Assembly: GCA_002841945.1 (NCBI GenBank)
Contig: PHBI01000006.1
Span: 453-64,452 of the forward strand
From: Deltaproteobacteria bacterium HGW-Deltaproteobacteria-14
GTDB taxonomy: Bacteria > Myxococcota_A > UBA9042 > PHBI01
Direction of reading: 5' to 3'
DNA length: 64,000 nt
Positions 39,487 through 49,422 of the stretch are shown in pieces; the first letter of the stretch is position 1; every line of letters starts with the position of its first letter. The translations under genes and the position numbers were made by a program. The notes under the pieces were generated by a model. The model did no database searches. It was not told the origin of the DNA and saw nothing but the letters and a program-made list of their open reading frames with translations.

Positions 39487-39498
39487 GCATATTTGCAT
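39485..39498. promoter_or_regulatory. Palindrome ATGCA-TATT-TGCAT at the LysR start; probable autoregulatory site in a divergent promoter
   Basis: AT-rich inverted repeat between the divergent LysR and dehydrogenase genes. Confidence 0.5.
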
Positions 39499-39607
39499 AT
39501 CACAGATGCGAACTTGGGGAATGTTCAGAACGCAAACGCATGTCCATTATCGGGCTGTCAAACGGAGTCACCAGCGACCCACCCCACTCGACCCAGGAGA
39601 GACGAAC

Positions 39608-40624
39608 ATGCGAGCCGCCACCCACGAGACCTACGGCACCCCCGACGTCCTCACGCTGAGCGAGGTCCCGCGCCCCACCATCGGCGACCACGAGCTGCTC
39701 GTGGAGGTCCGCGCCAGCGTCGTGACCCACGGCGACCGTCGCCTGCGAGCGGCCGACTTTCCGGGCGTCGGCGTCGTCGTCGGGCGCCTGATGTTCGGCC
39801 TCTTCCGGCCGCGACACCGCGTGCCGGGCACCATGTTCGCCGGGCGGGTCGTCGCGGTCGGCAAGGCCGTGACGCGCTTCGCCGCGGGCGACGACGTCTT
39901 CGGCAGCTGCGATCGCGGCGCCCAGGCCGAGTACCTCGCGGTGCGCGCCGACAAGGCCGTCGCGCGGATGCCGGAGGGCCTCGACTACGCCGAGGCCGCC
40001 GCCCTCCCCTACGGCGCCGGGACCGCCGTCGTGTTCTTGCGCGACCTCGCGAAGGTCCAGCCCGGCGAGCGCGTGCTCATCGTGGGCGCCTCGGGCGGCG
40101 TCGGCCGCCTCGCCGTGCAGCTCGCCCACCACCTCGGCGCCGAGGTCACCGGCGTCTGCAGCCGCGATCACGACCTCGTGCGCGAGCTCGGCGCCACCCA
40201 CGTCATCGACCACACCGTCGCGGACTACACCCAGGCCGGGCAGCGCTACGACGTGATCTTCGACACCTCCCCGAAGAACCGATTCTGCGCCAGCCGCAAG
40301 GCCCTGGCCCCGAAGGGGCGCTACCTCCAGCTCCACATGAGCACCGGCCTGCTCTTCATGATGGCGATGACGGCGCTCTTCGGCGGACGCCGCGCGCTCA
40401 CCGGCGTCGCGCTCGGCAACCGCAAGCTCGTGGAGGACGTGCGCGACCTCGCCGCGCAGGGCGCCCTTCGCGCGGTGATCGCGCGGCGCTACCCGCTCGA
40501 GCGCGTCGCCGAGGCGCACGCGTTCCTCGAGTCGGGCCGCCCCCGGGGCAGCGTGGTGGTCGACGTCGCGCGAGCCGCGGAGCGCCCGCTCAGCGCGCAG
40601 GGAGCGATCCTCCAGGTCGCCTGA
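39608..40624 (+). CDS. NAD(P)-dependent MDR-family oxidoreductase (quinone reductase/ADH-like)
   Basis: YGTPDVL, G..FAG.V..VG..VT.F..GD.VFG, GASGGVG, AVQLA...GA.VTGVCS; ATG after AGGAG. Confidence 0.92.
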   Translation: MRAATHETYGTPDVLTLSEVPRPTIGDHELLVEVRASVVTHGDRRLRAADFPGVGVVVGRLMFGLFRPRHRVPGTMFAGRVVAVGKAVTRFAAGDDVFGSCDRGAQAEYLAVRADKAVARMPEGLDYAEAAALPYGAGTAVVFLRDLAKVQPGERVLIVGASGGVGRLAVQLAHHLGAEVTGVCSRDHDLVRELGATHVIDHTVADYTQAGQRYDVIFDTSPKNRFCASRKALAPKGRYLQLHMSTGLLFMMAMTALFGGRRALTGVALGNRKLVEDVRDLAAQGALRAVIARRYPLERVAEAHAFLESGRPRGSVVVDVARAAERPLSAQGAILQVA

Positions 40625-40712
40625 CCGCGGGCCCTCACCCCGGGCGCGGTCGGGGGGGCCGTCCTCCCGCCGGGCTGGACCGATCGCTCCGGACTCTCCA
40701 GACTGAGCGGCG

Positions 40713-42998
40713 ATGAGCAGCGCCCACGATGACCCGCGGCACCCGAGCCAGGTCGAGCTCACCGCCGCCCAGACGGCGGCTGGGTTCTACCCGACGCTCG
40801 CGCCGACCGGCCCCGCGGCGGACACCATCCAGGCCACGCCCAGCGCGCTCAGCGAGGGCGCCGACCGGGCTCGCGGTGCCCCCGAGACGCAGCTCCGCGG
40901 CCCGCTCGGCGAGGTGCGCTACGATCTCCTCGGGGTGATCGGCGAGGGCGCGATGGGCACGGTCCACCTCGCCCGCGATCACGCGCTGCGCCGCCGGGTC
41001 GCCCTCAAGGCGCTGTCGATGGAAGCGCCGAGCGCCGATCTCGTCGAGCGCTTCCTGACCGAGGCCCAGATCACCGCGCAGCTCGATCATCCTCACATCG
41101 TCCCGGTCTATGCCCTCGAGGTCGGGCCCGACGGCATGCCGGCGTACACGATGAAGCTCGTCGAGGGGGAGACCCTCGAGGAGATCATCGCGGCCGCCGC
41201 CGAGCGACCCGGGGGCGACACCCACGACGCCCTGGTCGAGCGCCTCGAGGCCTTCGTCAAGGTCTGCGACGCCATGACCTACGCCCACGAGAAGGGCGTG
41301 ATCCACCGCGACCTCAAGCCCGCCAACATCATGATCGGGCGCTTTCACGAGGTCTACGTCATGGACTGGGGCATCGCCCGCCTCGTCGACGGGCCCCCGG
41401 AGGTCGTCACGAGCGACGCGCCGTCGCCCGGCGCGAGCGCGGTCGAGACCCGGCCGGGGGTCGCGCGCACCCGCTACGGCTCGGTCCTCGGCACGCCGCT
41501 CTACATGGCGCCGGAGCAGGCCGCCGGCAAGCTCGACGAGCTCACCCCGCGCACCGACGTCTGCACCCTCGGGCTCGTCCTCTACGAGCTCAGCCACCTC
41601 GCCCTGCCCTACGGCGGGCCGACCATCACCGACGTCGTCGCCTGCGCCATCGGCGGCGAGCGCCGCGACCCACCGGAGACCTCGATCGCGCCGCCCGAGC
41701 TCCGCGCCATCATCGCCCGCGCGGCGGCGCGCGACCCCGCCGACCGCTACCCCTCCGCCGCGGCCCTCGCCGCCGATCTCCGGCGCTTGCTCCGCGGCGA
41801 AGAGACCGAGGCGCTGCCCGACGACACCTGGCGCCGCCTGCGCCGCTGGATGGGCCGCCACCTAAAGGCGACCGTCGTCGGCGTCCTCACGGTGCTCCTC
41901 GTGAGCGCCGCGCTGGTGGTCTGGAGCCAGCTCCGCGAGCGCGCGCGAGCGGCGGAGATGCAGCTCCACAGCCAGGTGCGTGCCCAGGCGGTGGCCGACG
42001 TCGTGAACGCCGTGGGGGCGCGCGCCCAGCGCATCGCCAACCACTTCCAGTTCTACGAGGGCCTCGTGGAGGGGCTCGCCCAGGCGGCTGGCTACGCGCT
42101 GAGCGGGGACCGCCGCTGGGACGGCCCGATCCACCGCGCCGACGCGTTCGCCAGCGACGCGACGGCCCCCGCCTCGGCCGGCTACTCGCTCCACTACGGG
42201 CGCCTCGTCAGCCCCGACGACGCCGCCTACATGACGCCCGGGCGCGACGGCCCGCGCGGCGACGCGCTCGAGGCCGAGGTGCGCCGCCTCTACACGCTCG
42301 AGTCCCAGGTCCAGAGCATGTTCCTCATCGGCCCCAACAGCGCCCAGCGCCCCGCGACCGAGGAGGACCGCCGCCTCAACGTGATGGTCCATGAGGTGCC
42401 GATCGAGTGGGTGCACGTCGCCACCGCGTCGGGCGTCAGCTACATCTTCCCCGGCGCGGCCGCCGAGCGACGCCGACACGACCCGCGCAACGACGCCTGG
42501 TACATCGCGGCCGAGGACGCCTGGCAGACCGGTAGCCGCGACCGGCGGCGCTGGTCCCCACCGTATCAGGACGTGATGGGGCGCGGGCGGATCCTGACCT
42601 GCGCCCAGGCGATCGTCTCCGCGGCGGGCGAGGTCCTCGGCGTCGCGGCGCTCGATCTGTCCTTCGAGTTCGTCACCGACCACTACATGACCCTCGTCGA
42701 CCTGCCGGGCTTCGTCGCGAGCTTCCTCCTCGACAGCGAGGGCGCCGTCATGGTCGAGACCGGGACCGGCGCCGCGGACGCTCACGCCGCCACCCGCTTC
42801 GATGACCCGACGGTGCTCGCGGGGGTGCTCCGCGAGCGCTCGGGCCACGTCCAGGTGGACTCGTGGCGCGGGTCGCCGACGCTGCTCGTGTGGGCGCGGC
42901 TCGAGCTGATGGGCTGGACCTACGTCGCCGCGGTGGACCCCGCCGCGCTCGAGGCGGCCACCGAGGGGCGCCTCCGCGGCGACACCCCGGCGCGCTGA
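40713..42998 (+). CDS. Ser/Thr protein kinase with one TM helix and a C-terminal Cache-like domain; paralogue of 829-3108
   Basis: GEGAMG, RFLTEAQITAQLDHP, HRDLKPAN, GTPLYMAPEQ; TM segment; HDPRNDAWY..WSPPYQD..GVAALD..GWTYV. Confidence 0.9.
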   Translation: MSSAHDDPRHPSQVELTAAQTAAGFYPTLAPTGPAADTIQATPSALSEGADRARGAPETQLRGPLGEVRYDLLGVIGEGAMGTVHLARDHALRRRVALKALSMEAPSADLVERFLTEAQITAQLDHPHIVPVYALEVGPDGMPAYTMKLVEGETLEEIIAAAAERPGGDTHDALVERLEAFVKVCDAMTYAHEKGVIHRDLKPANIMIGRFHEVYVMDWGIARLVDGPPEVVTSDAPSPGASAVETRPGVARTRYGSVLGTPLYMAPEQAAGKLDELTPRTDVCTLGLVLYELSHLALPYGGPTITDVVACAIGGERRDPPETSIAPPELRAIIARAAARDPADRYPSAAALAADLRRLLRGEETEALPDDTWRRLRRWMGRHLKATVVGVLTVLLVSAALVVWSQLRERARAAEMQLHSQVRAQAVADVVNAVGARAQRIANHFQFYEGLVEGLAQAAGYALSGDRRWDGPIHRADAFASDATAPASAGYSLHYGRLVSPDDAAYMTPGRDGPRGDALEAEVRRLYTLESQVQSMFLIGPNSAQRPATEEDRRLNVMVHEVPIEWVHVATASGVSYIFPGAAAERRRHDPRNDAWYIAAEDAWQTGSRDRRRWSPPYQDVMGRGRILTCAQAIVSAAGEVLGVAALDLSFEFVTDHYMTLVDLPGFVASFLLDSEGAVMVETGTGAADAHAATRFDDPTVLAGVLRERSGHVQVDSWRGSPTLLVWARLELMGWTYVAAVDPAALEAATEGRLRGDTPAR

Positions 42999-43029
42999 TC
43001 GGGGCGCGAGGGCGAGCGCCGCGGTCCCG

Positions 43030-43473
43030 TCACGTGAACATGCCGAAGTGGTCGCGCAGGAAATCGGGGGCGTAGGCCCAGGTCATGTACCAGCAGATCC
43101 GCCCCGGCACCGCGTACGCGATGAGCCGCGGCAGGTAGCCGGCGCGGGCGCTGCCGTAGAGGGTGAAGAGCGCCAGCAGCGGCGGGATCCCGCACAGCCC
43201 GCCGGTCGCGAACATGGCGTAGGTCCCCCACCCCGGATCGCCGATCTTCACCTTGGTGATCGCCCGCTGGACGAACTTCAGGCGCGCGAGGAACTGGTCG
43301 GCGAACAGGTACAGCGTCGCGTAGCCGCAGAACTGGCCTGCGGTCGTGGCGAGCGCGATGGCCCACGGCACGCCACCCCCGTGCTGGACCTGCGTGACGA
43401 CCAGGACCTCCCCGTTGAAGATCCACAGGATCCCCGACGGGAGCGCGAGCAGGAAGGTGATGAGGTAGAGCAC
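43030..43473 (-). CDS. Small membrane protein (possibly DedA/VTT-like)
   Basis: Hydrophobic 147 aa; ATTAGQFCGYATLY, G.PP, GR motifs; directly downstream of pncA. Confidence 0.65.
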   Translation of the reverse strand: MLYLITFLLALPSGILWIFNGEVLVVTQVQHGGGVPWAIALATTAGQFCGYATLYLFADQFLARLKFVQRAITKVKIGDPGWGTYAMFATGGLCGIPPLLALFTLYGSARAGYLPRLIAYAVPGRICWYMTWAYAPDFLRDHFGMFT

Positions 43474-43484
43474 CGGCCCACCGC

Positions 43485-44099
43485 TCAGGGGACGTCAACA
43501 CTGTTGACAATTCCGACACCGACCGCCCGCATGGCCGCGATGGCGCGCTCCACGTCGCCCTCGGCGAGCTCGACGCCGCGGCAGCCGTCCGCGACCAGCC
43601 AGGTCTTCAGGCCCAGGTCCACAGCGTCGAGCGCGGTGAACTTCACGCAGTAGTCGGTCGCGAGGCCCATGACGAAGACCTCGTCCACGCCCCGCGCGCG
43701 CAGCCAGTCCCCGAGGCCGGTGCTGCCCCGGTGGCCGTTGTCGAAGAAGCCGCTGTAGCTGTCCACCCGCCGATCGGTCCCCTTGGGGAACACCCTCGCC
43801 CAGCCGTCTTGGCACAGCGACGGCGCGAACTCTGCCCCTCGGGTCCCCTGCACGCAGTGCACCGGCCACAGGTTCTGCGTCAGCCCATCGAGCTCGATGA
43901 GGTCGCCGGGCGCGCGGCCGGGGTGCTGCGCGGCGAAGCTCAGGTGATCGGGCGGGTGCCAGTCCTGGGTGGCGACGACGACGTCGAAGCGCGGCAGCAG
44001 CGCGTTGGCGACCGGGATCACCCGGCGCCCGTCGGGCACGGCGAGCGCGCCACCCGGCAGGAAGTCGTTCTGGAGATCGACGAGGATGAGCGCGCGCAT
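43485..44099 (-). CDS. pncA: Nicotinamidase/pyrazinamidase
   Basis: ALILVDLQNDF.PGGAL, TQDWHP, WPVHCVQGT, KG...DSYSGFFDN, GLATDYCV. Confidence 0.96.
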   Translation of the reverse strand: MRALILVDLQNDFLPGGALAVPDGRRVIPVANALLPRFDVVVATQDWHPPDHLSFAAQHPGRAPGDLIELDGLTQNLWPVHCVQGTRGAEFAPSLCQDGWARVFPKGTDRRVDSYSGFFDNGHRGSTGLGDWLRARGVDEVFVMGLATDYCVKFTALDAVDLGLKTWLVADGCRGVELAEGDVERAIAAMRAVGVGIVNSVDVP

Positions 44100-44296
44100 G
44101 TCTCTCCGCTTGCGGTGCCCTCGCTCCGGGGCGCACGCCGCCATCCTCGCCGACCGCGCCCGCCCCGTAAAGCGCCCTGTGATCGAGCTGGAGGCCGGTC
44201 CCGCGCGGCGAACCGCCCGCGGCTTGTGGTGGCGCCCGCGGGTCATCTATGGTGCTCGGCACGCCCCACCCCCGCCGCCCGCGAAGGACGCCCAGC

Positions 44297-45466
44297 ATGA
44301 CGTCACGACCCAGGTTGCTCCTCGCTCCGCTGCTCGCCATCGCGCTGTTCGCCTGCGGCGACGCCGGTGGCACGTCCGCGCCGCTCGACACCACCGGCCC
44401 TAACCCGTGCGGCGCCTGCGCGGCCGAGCAGTACTGCAGCTACGGCAAGTGCGTGCAGGATCCCGGGCTCGCCGCCGGCGGCGAGGCGACCTGCGACTAC
44501 TACGGCTACGCTCCCACCAACCAGGCGGCCTTCGCGCGCTTCGCCGGCGGCATGACCCGCGTGCGCTACGTCACCTCCAACGTCGTCGTCGAGCCGCCGT
44601 TCGACAAGATCGTGCTCGAGATGAACCAGGACCAGCTGTTCACGGGCGGCGCCCCAGCGGCCGGGGAGTACGCGCTGACCGGCACCGCCGAGCCCGGCGC
44701 GCCGCTGTTTCTGCGCGGCTACGCCTTCTGCAACGACTTCGACTGCGCCTCGACCTTCGTCGCGACCCAGGGTGAGCTCGAGCTCACCGACCCTGGCGCC
44801 CCCGGCAGCGCCCTCGGCGGCGTCATGCGCGACCTGCGGCTCAAGCAGGTGCGCATCGACGCGAACACCGGCGACATCATCGACTTCTCCAAGGGCAAGG
44901 TCTGGTGCGTCGGCGACTACCGCTTCGCGGTGGACGTCCCCGAGCTCCGCACCGCCGAGGGCAGCTGCGTCGCGGACGGCAGCGGCGACAAGATCGGCGA
45001 CAACATCAAGAACTTCACCCTCCAGAACTGCTACGGCGACTACGTGGACCTCCACGAGCGCTGCGGGCGCGCGAAGGCCGTGTGGATCGTGGCGACCGCG
45101 GGCTGGTGCGGCGCCTGCGAGGCGTTCGTCCCCGAGGCCGCGACGCGCGCCAACGGGCTCGTCGACCAGGGCCTCGATCTGATGGTCGTCATCGGCGAGA
45201 ACCAGCTCGCCGGGCCGCCGTCGCTCGAGTACTGCCTCGACTACGCCACCACCAAGGGGGCCGACCCCGCCCAGGTCTTCATCGACAACGACGGCTCCCA
45301 CGGCTGGCCGACGCTCTTTGGGGCGATCGACACCTACAGCGGCGGCTCGATCGGCCTGCCGTGGAACGCGGTCCTCGACGGCGCGAGCATGGAGTACATC
45401 TGGAGCTCCAACGCCGGGTCCGGGGACCTCTACTCGGTTCAGGACGCCCTGCTCAGCGCGGAGTGA
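44297..45466 (+). CDS. Lipoprotein with Cys-rich segments and a C-terminal thioredoxin-fold (TlpA-like) domain
   Basis: Lipobox LFAC; IGD.I.NFTLQN, ATAGWCGAC (CxxC), cis-Pro-like GLPWN. Confidence 0.75.
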   Translation: MTSRPRLLLAPLLAIALFACGDAGGTSAPLDTTGPNPCGACAAEQYCSYGKCVQDPGLAAGGEATCDYYGYAPTNQAAFARFAGGMTRVRYVTSNVVVEPPFDKIVLEMNQDQLFTGGAPAAGEYALTGTAEPGAPLFLRGYAFCNDFDCASTFVATQGELELTDPGAPGSALGGVMRDLRLKQVRIDANTGDIIDFSKGKVWCVGDYRFAVDVPELRTAEGSCVADGSGDKIGDNIKNFTLQNCYGDYVDLHERCGRAKAVWIVATAGWCGACEAFVPEAATRANGLVDQGLDLMVVIGENQLAGPPSLEYCLDYATTKGADPAQVFIDNDGSHGWPTLFGAIDTYSGGSIGLPWNAVLDGASMEYIWSSNAGSGDLYSVQDALLSAE

Positions 45467-46953
45467 GGCGGTCGAGCGCACGCGACACGGCGGCGAGGGC
45501 GCTCCTCAGCGCGCTGCCGCTCCTCGTCCTGGCGTGCGCCGGGACGGCACCGACGCGAGCTCTGGACGGCCCGGAGCCCCGCGCCCCGCGAGCGCTCGCT
45601 TGGCGCTACACCGTCCGCGCGGACGCCGCGCTCACCCGCCTCGACGTGGTCGCCTGCTTCGACGCGGCCGCACCTGAGGTCCTCGTCCCCGGGCTCAGCG
45701 GCGCCGCGGTGCCGCTCGAGCCGCGCGGCTGGGACGCCCGCGGCCCGTTCCCGCTGAGCGTCGGCGAGGGTGGCGTCCTCCGCCTCCCCGCCGCGGGGCG
45801 AGACGCCTGCGTCGCCTACCACCTGGACGTCGGCCAGGTGCTCGCGAGCGGCGACCGGGACACGGCGTTTCGCGTCGGGCGGGACCTCGTGCTGGCGCCT
45901 GACGTCCTGCTCTGGCGGCCCCGCCGCGTCCCGGGCGACGTCGCCGCGCAGGCGACCTTCGAGCTGCCCGCCGGCCTGGCGGTCTCGGCCCCCTGGCCGC
46001 GGGTCGCGGAGCGCGGCGACACCTACAGCCTCGACGCGAGCGCGTTCGCCTGGCGCGGGCAGCTCGCCCTCGGTCGCTTCAGCCCGGAGACGCTCGCCCT
46101 CGCCCCCGACTCCACCTGCGAGGTGGTGCTCCTCGACGCCCCCACCCGCACCTCGGCCGCGGGGCGGGCGCGCTGGCTCGAGGCCGCGGCGGGCGCGGTC
46201 GCGAGCGTCGTGGGGGCGTTCCCCCGCGAGCACCTCCAGGTCGTCATCGCCCCCACCCCGGGCGGCGGGGATGACCCGGTCGCCTTCGGCTACGTCCTGC
46301 GCGGCGGCGGCGCGGCCGTCACCCTGCTGCTCGACGGCGGCGCCGACGACGCCGACCTGGCAGATGACTGGGTCGCGGTCCACGAGCTCTTCCACCTCGC
46401 GATGCCGCCCATCGCCCGCCGCGACGCCTGGCTCTCCGAGGGGGTCACGATGTACTTCACGGAGCTGCTGCGGGTCCGCGCGGGCTTCATCACCGCGCGC
46501 GAGGGCTTCGCCGCGCTGCACGACGGCTTCCTCCGCGGCCGCGCCGCCGGCACCGGCCGCACCCTCGCCGCGGAGAGCAGCGACATGCACGAGACCCGCG
46601 CCTACCGCCGCGTCTATTGGGCGGGCGCGGCCATCGCGCTCGAGGCGGACCTCGCCATGCGCCGCCGCGTCGGGCGCGACCTCGCGTCGGTGCTGGCCGA
46701 GCTCCGGGCGTGCTGCGCGCGCTCGGGGAGGTTCTGGAGCGCCGACGAGGTGGTGGCCCGCCTCGACGCCCTCGCCGGTGCGGCCGTGTTCTCCGAGGCG
46801 GCGACGCGCTGGCTCGCCGTCGCGGCCTTCCCGGACCTCGGCGACGCCTACCGCGCGCTGGGGCTCGACCCCACCAGCGGCGAGCCGGACAGCGACCCCG
46901 ACCATGCTGCGTTGCGAGATGCGCTCATGACCAGCGAACCATCTGATCGATGA
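45463..46953 (+). CDS. Gluzincin (M61/M1-like) metallopeptidase lipoprotein
   Basis: GTG overlaps the upstream stop; lipobox VLAC; HELFH, WLSEGVTMY, RVYWAGA. Confidence 0.8.
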   Translation: MRRSSARDTAARALLSALPLLVLACAGTAPTRALDGPEPRAPRALAWRYTVRADAALTRLDVVACFDAAAPEVLVPGLSGAAVPLEPRGWDARGPFPLSVGEGGVLRLPAAGRDACVAYHLDVGQVLASGDRDTAFRVGRDLVLAPDVLLWRPRRVPGDVAAQATFELPAGLAVSAPWPRVAERGDTYSLDASAFAWRGQLALGRFSPETLALAPDSTCEVVLLDAPTRTSAAGRARWLEAAAGAVASVVGAFPREHLQVVIAPTPGGGDDPVAFGYVLRGGGAAVTLLLDGGADDADLADDWVAVHELFHLAMPPIARRDAWLSEGVTMYFTELLRVRAGFITAREGFAALHDGFLRGRAAGTGRTLAAESSDMHETRAYRRVYWAGAAIALEADLAMRRRVGRDLASVLAELRACCARSGRFWSADEVVARLDALAGAAVFSEAATRWLAVAAFPDLGDAYRALGLDPTSGEPDSDPDHAALRDALMTSEPSDR

Positions 46954-46998
46954 GCCATGTTGCGCCGGAGAGCCCCACCCCTACCGCGTCGCAACAGG

Positions 46999-47457
46999 CT
47001 ACTCGCCCTTGACCACCAGGACCGGGACCTTGCACTGCTTCACGAGCTGCTCGGTGACGGACCCCGCGATGCGGCGGCGGAGCCCCTGGCCCGGCGCGTG
47101 GCCGACGACGACGCGCGCGACGTGCGCCTCGTCGACCACCTGGAGGATGACCGGGACCGGCGCGCCCTCCTCGCAGCGGGTCGCGATCTCGAGCTCGGGG
47201 AAGCGCCTGGCGAGCTTCCGCGCGACCTCGTCGAGGCGCTCAGCGGCGCTGATCGCGACCTTCTCGGAGAAGCGGTTCCAGGACTGCAGGCCGCGCGCGT
47301 TCGCCATCGCCTCGAGCCCGCTCGCCACGGGGGGGAGCCGGTAGGCGTGAACGAGCAGCAGCCTCCCGCCGAGTCGACCCAGGTCGCTGGCGGCGACCAT
47401 CATCGCGGCGTCGGCGGCGGGGGAGAAGTCGTGGGCGACGAGCCAGGTCGGTTTCAT
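46999..47457 (-). CDS. Universal stress protein
   Basis: LVAHDFS, LLLVH, G.P...I, GSVTEQLVKQCKVPVLVV. Confidence 0.9.
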   Translation of the reverse strand: MKPTWLVAHDFSPAADAAMMVAASDLGRLGGRLLLVHAYRLPPVASGLEAMANARGLQSWNRFSEKVAISAAERLDEVARKLARRFPELEIATRCEEGAPVPVILQVVDEAHVARVVVGHAPGQGLRRRIAGSVTEQLVKQCKVPVLVVKGE

Positions 47458-47783
47458 GTCCTCTCCACGGCGGAGCGGCCGGTGGCGGAGCGTTCACGCT
47501 CGGCCCGCCGCAGCGTTGCGCAACGGGGTGGGCCGAGCGACAAAAAAGTTGATCAAGTTCGCCCCGGCCGCGCCACCCAGACCTGGCGCGCGACCCATGT
47601 TGGAGGCCGACGAGAACGTGAGCGAAAGCCAAAGAAGAGTCTAAAGCATCACCGAAACCCGACGACATAGTTAACAGCATCGGAGAGCCGGCTCAGGGGT
47701 GAACATGGCTCGCGACGGTGCTAGCATGATTGCGGGGGCGCAATCGGGCCGAGACCCGGCCGGATACGGGGAGGACGGAGTCC

Positions 47784-48083
47784 ATGAAGCGTTTCGGTGC
47801 CTTGCTGGCGTTCCTAGTGATCGGTCTCACCACCACGACGACGGCGTCGGCCATCGACCTCCGAAACGAGGACTCCCGAGGCTACACCGTGCAGGTCACG
47901 TCGACCGCGATGGTGAAGGACGTCGAGCTCAACAGCATGTCGATGTCGATCGTGGTGTGCGTCGGCCAGTGCAGCTTCTACGTGCCCGGCGTCGGCAAGG
48001 TCAGCGCCGAGGGTAGCGACGTCGTCCGGATCAAGAACGGCCGCATCATCCGCGTGCCGGTGCCCCAGGTGGCGCTGCCGTAG
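47784..48083 (+). CDS. Small secreted protein (99 aa, two Cys)
   Basis: Signal peptide MKRFGALLAFLVIGL...ASA; GGAG RBS; beta-rich mature part containing CVGQC. Confidence 0.8.
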   Translation: MKRFGALLAFLVIGLTTTTTASAIDLRNEDSRGYTVQVTSTAMVKDVELNSMSMSIVVCVGQCSFYVPGVGKVSAEGSDVVRIKNGRIIRVPVPQVALP

Positions 48084-48369
48084 ACGACGCGAGGTTCGAG
48101 CGGGGGGGAAGCTCCTCGGGGGTGGTGGCGACCGCGTCAGCGGGCTCTACCAGGTACGCCGGGGAGGAGATGGAAGCCATCCGAGAGAGCGCAGGCGGAG
48201 ACGCCTGCGCTCTCTTGTCGTTTGGAACGCGTGTCGGCGTCGTATCGGTCGCGCCGCTGCGGTCGGCGCGGCCGCCAGGGGGACACGGTGCGTCCCTCCC
48301 GGCGTCAGCTACGGCCTCCGGGTCGCGACCTGGCGTCGCTGACGCTTCACCGCGCGAGGGCGCGCGGCG

Positions 48370-49278
48370 TCAGCGCTTCTTCTTCTTCTTGCCGTGGCCA
48401 GCGCCGACCGGCTGCGCCGCTTTCACCGCCTCGGCCTTCGACAGCGCCTTCATCTCGCCGGCGGGGCGGTACTTGGGCTCGCCGTCGGGGACGAGCAGAT
48501 CGCCCTTCTTGGCGCCGCGCACGAGGAGGATGATGCCGAGCACGAACAGGACGATGGCCGCCCACTGCCCCGCCGTCAGCCCGAAGTGATGGATGTCCGC
48601 CTTGCGCAAGAAGTCCATCGCGAACCGGACCGGCATGTAGCAGACCACGAAGACGCCGAGGTACCAGCCCTTGAAGTGGGTCTTGTGGCGGTTGAAGAAG
48701 AAGAAGATCGACATCGCGATCGCCCAGAAGAACTCGTACATCCCGAGGTTGTGGCGCACGCCCGGGGTGATCGCCCACTGCTGGAGATCCTTGTCCCAGA
48801 GCCCTTGGTAGTCCATGCCGAGGACGAAGTCGGTGAGGCTCCCGGGGTGGTCGAAGGCGGTGGTGCAGCCCATGCGCCCGAAGATCCAGGCGAACGCGAA
48901 GCCATAGATGATGGTGTCGGCGTAGGGCAGAAACGGCAGCTCCTTGTGGCGCCGGAAGTAGATGAGGACGCCCAGGGTGCCGCCGATGAAGCCGCCAAAC
49001 GAGCTGATGCCGTCCCACAGCTTGAGCAGGTAGAGGGGATCGGCCGCGACCTTCTCGGGGAAGTAGAAGATCGCCGAGTAGAGGTGGGCGCCGATGAAGC
49101 CGGCCACGACCGCCCAGATCGCGACGTCGGCGACGACGCGCTCGCTGATGCCGAACTGCTTGGCGCGCCGGCCGGCGAGGATGGTCCCGAGGATGATCGC
49201 GAGGCCGACCAGGAACCCGAAGAGGTGCAGCTCGAGGCCGATGATGTGGATCGGCGGGACTTGGAGGTTGGGCAGCAT
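48370..49278 (-). CDS. lgt: Prolipoprotein diacylglyceryl transferase family
   Basis: FG....LA, GFIGAHL, WDGISSFGG..GG, IFGRMGC....HPG, RH....YE, RF..DFLR. Confidence 0.88.
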   Translation of the reverse strand: MLPNLQVPPIHIIGLELHLFGFLVGLAIILGTILAGRRAKQFGISERVVADVAIWAVVAGFIGAHLYSAIFYFPEKVAADPLYLLKLWDGISSFGGFIGGTLGVLIYFRRHKELPFLPYADTIIYGFAFAWIFGRMGCTTAFDHPGSLTDFVLGMDYQGLWDKDLQQWAITPGVRHNLGMYEFFWAIAMSIFFFFNRHKTHFKGWYLGVFVVCYMPVRFAMDFLRKADIHHFGLTAGQWAAIVLFVLGIILLVRGAKKGDLLVPDGEPKYRPAGEMKALSKAEAVKAAQPVGAGHGKKKKKR

Positions 49279-49422
49279 CGGCGCGCTCCGTCTCGAAGGG
49301 GCCACGGGCCACGCCGGACTGGCGCGGCGGGCCGAGAGGGTCTAGCACGCAGCCCGCCGCCGGTCACGGGCGACGTGACGCGGCGGCGGGCTGGGGCGCG
49401 GCGGCGGCCCGCGATCCGGCGA

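Noticed and set aside
47545-47560. FNR/CRP-type box upstream of the usp gene
   Set aside because: TTGATCAA lacks the TTGAT-N4-ATCAA spacing
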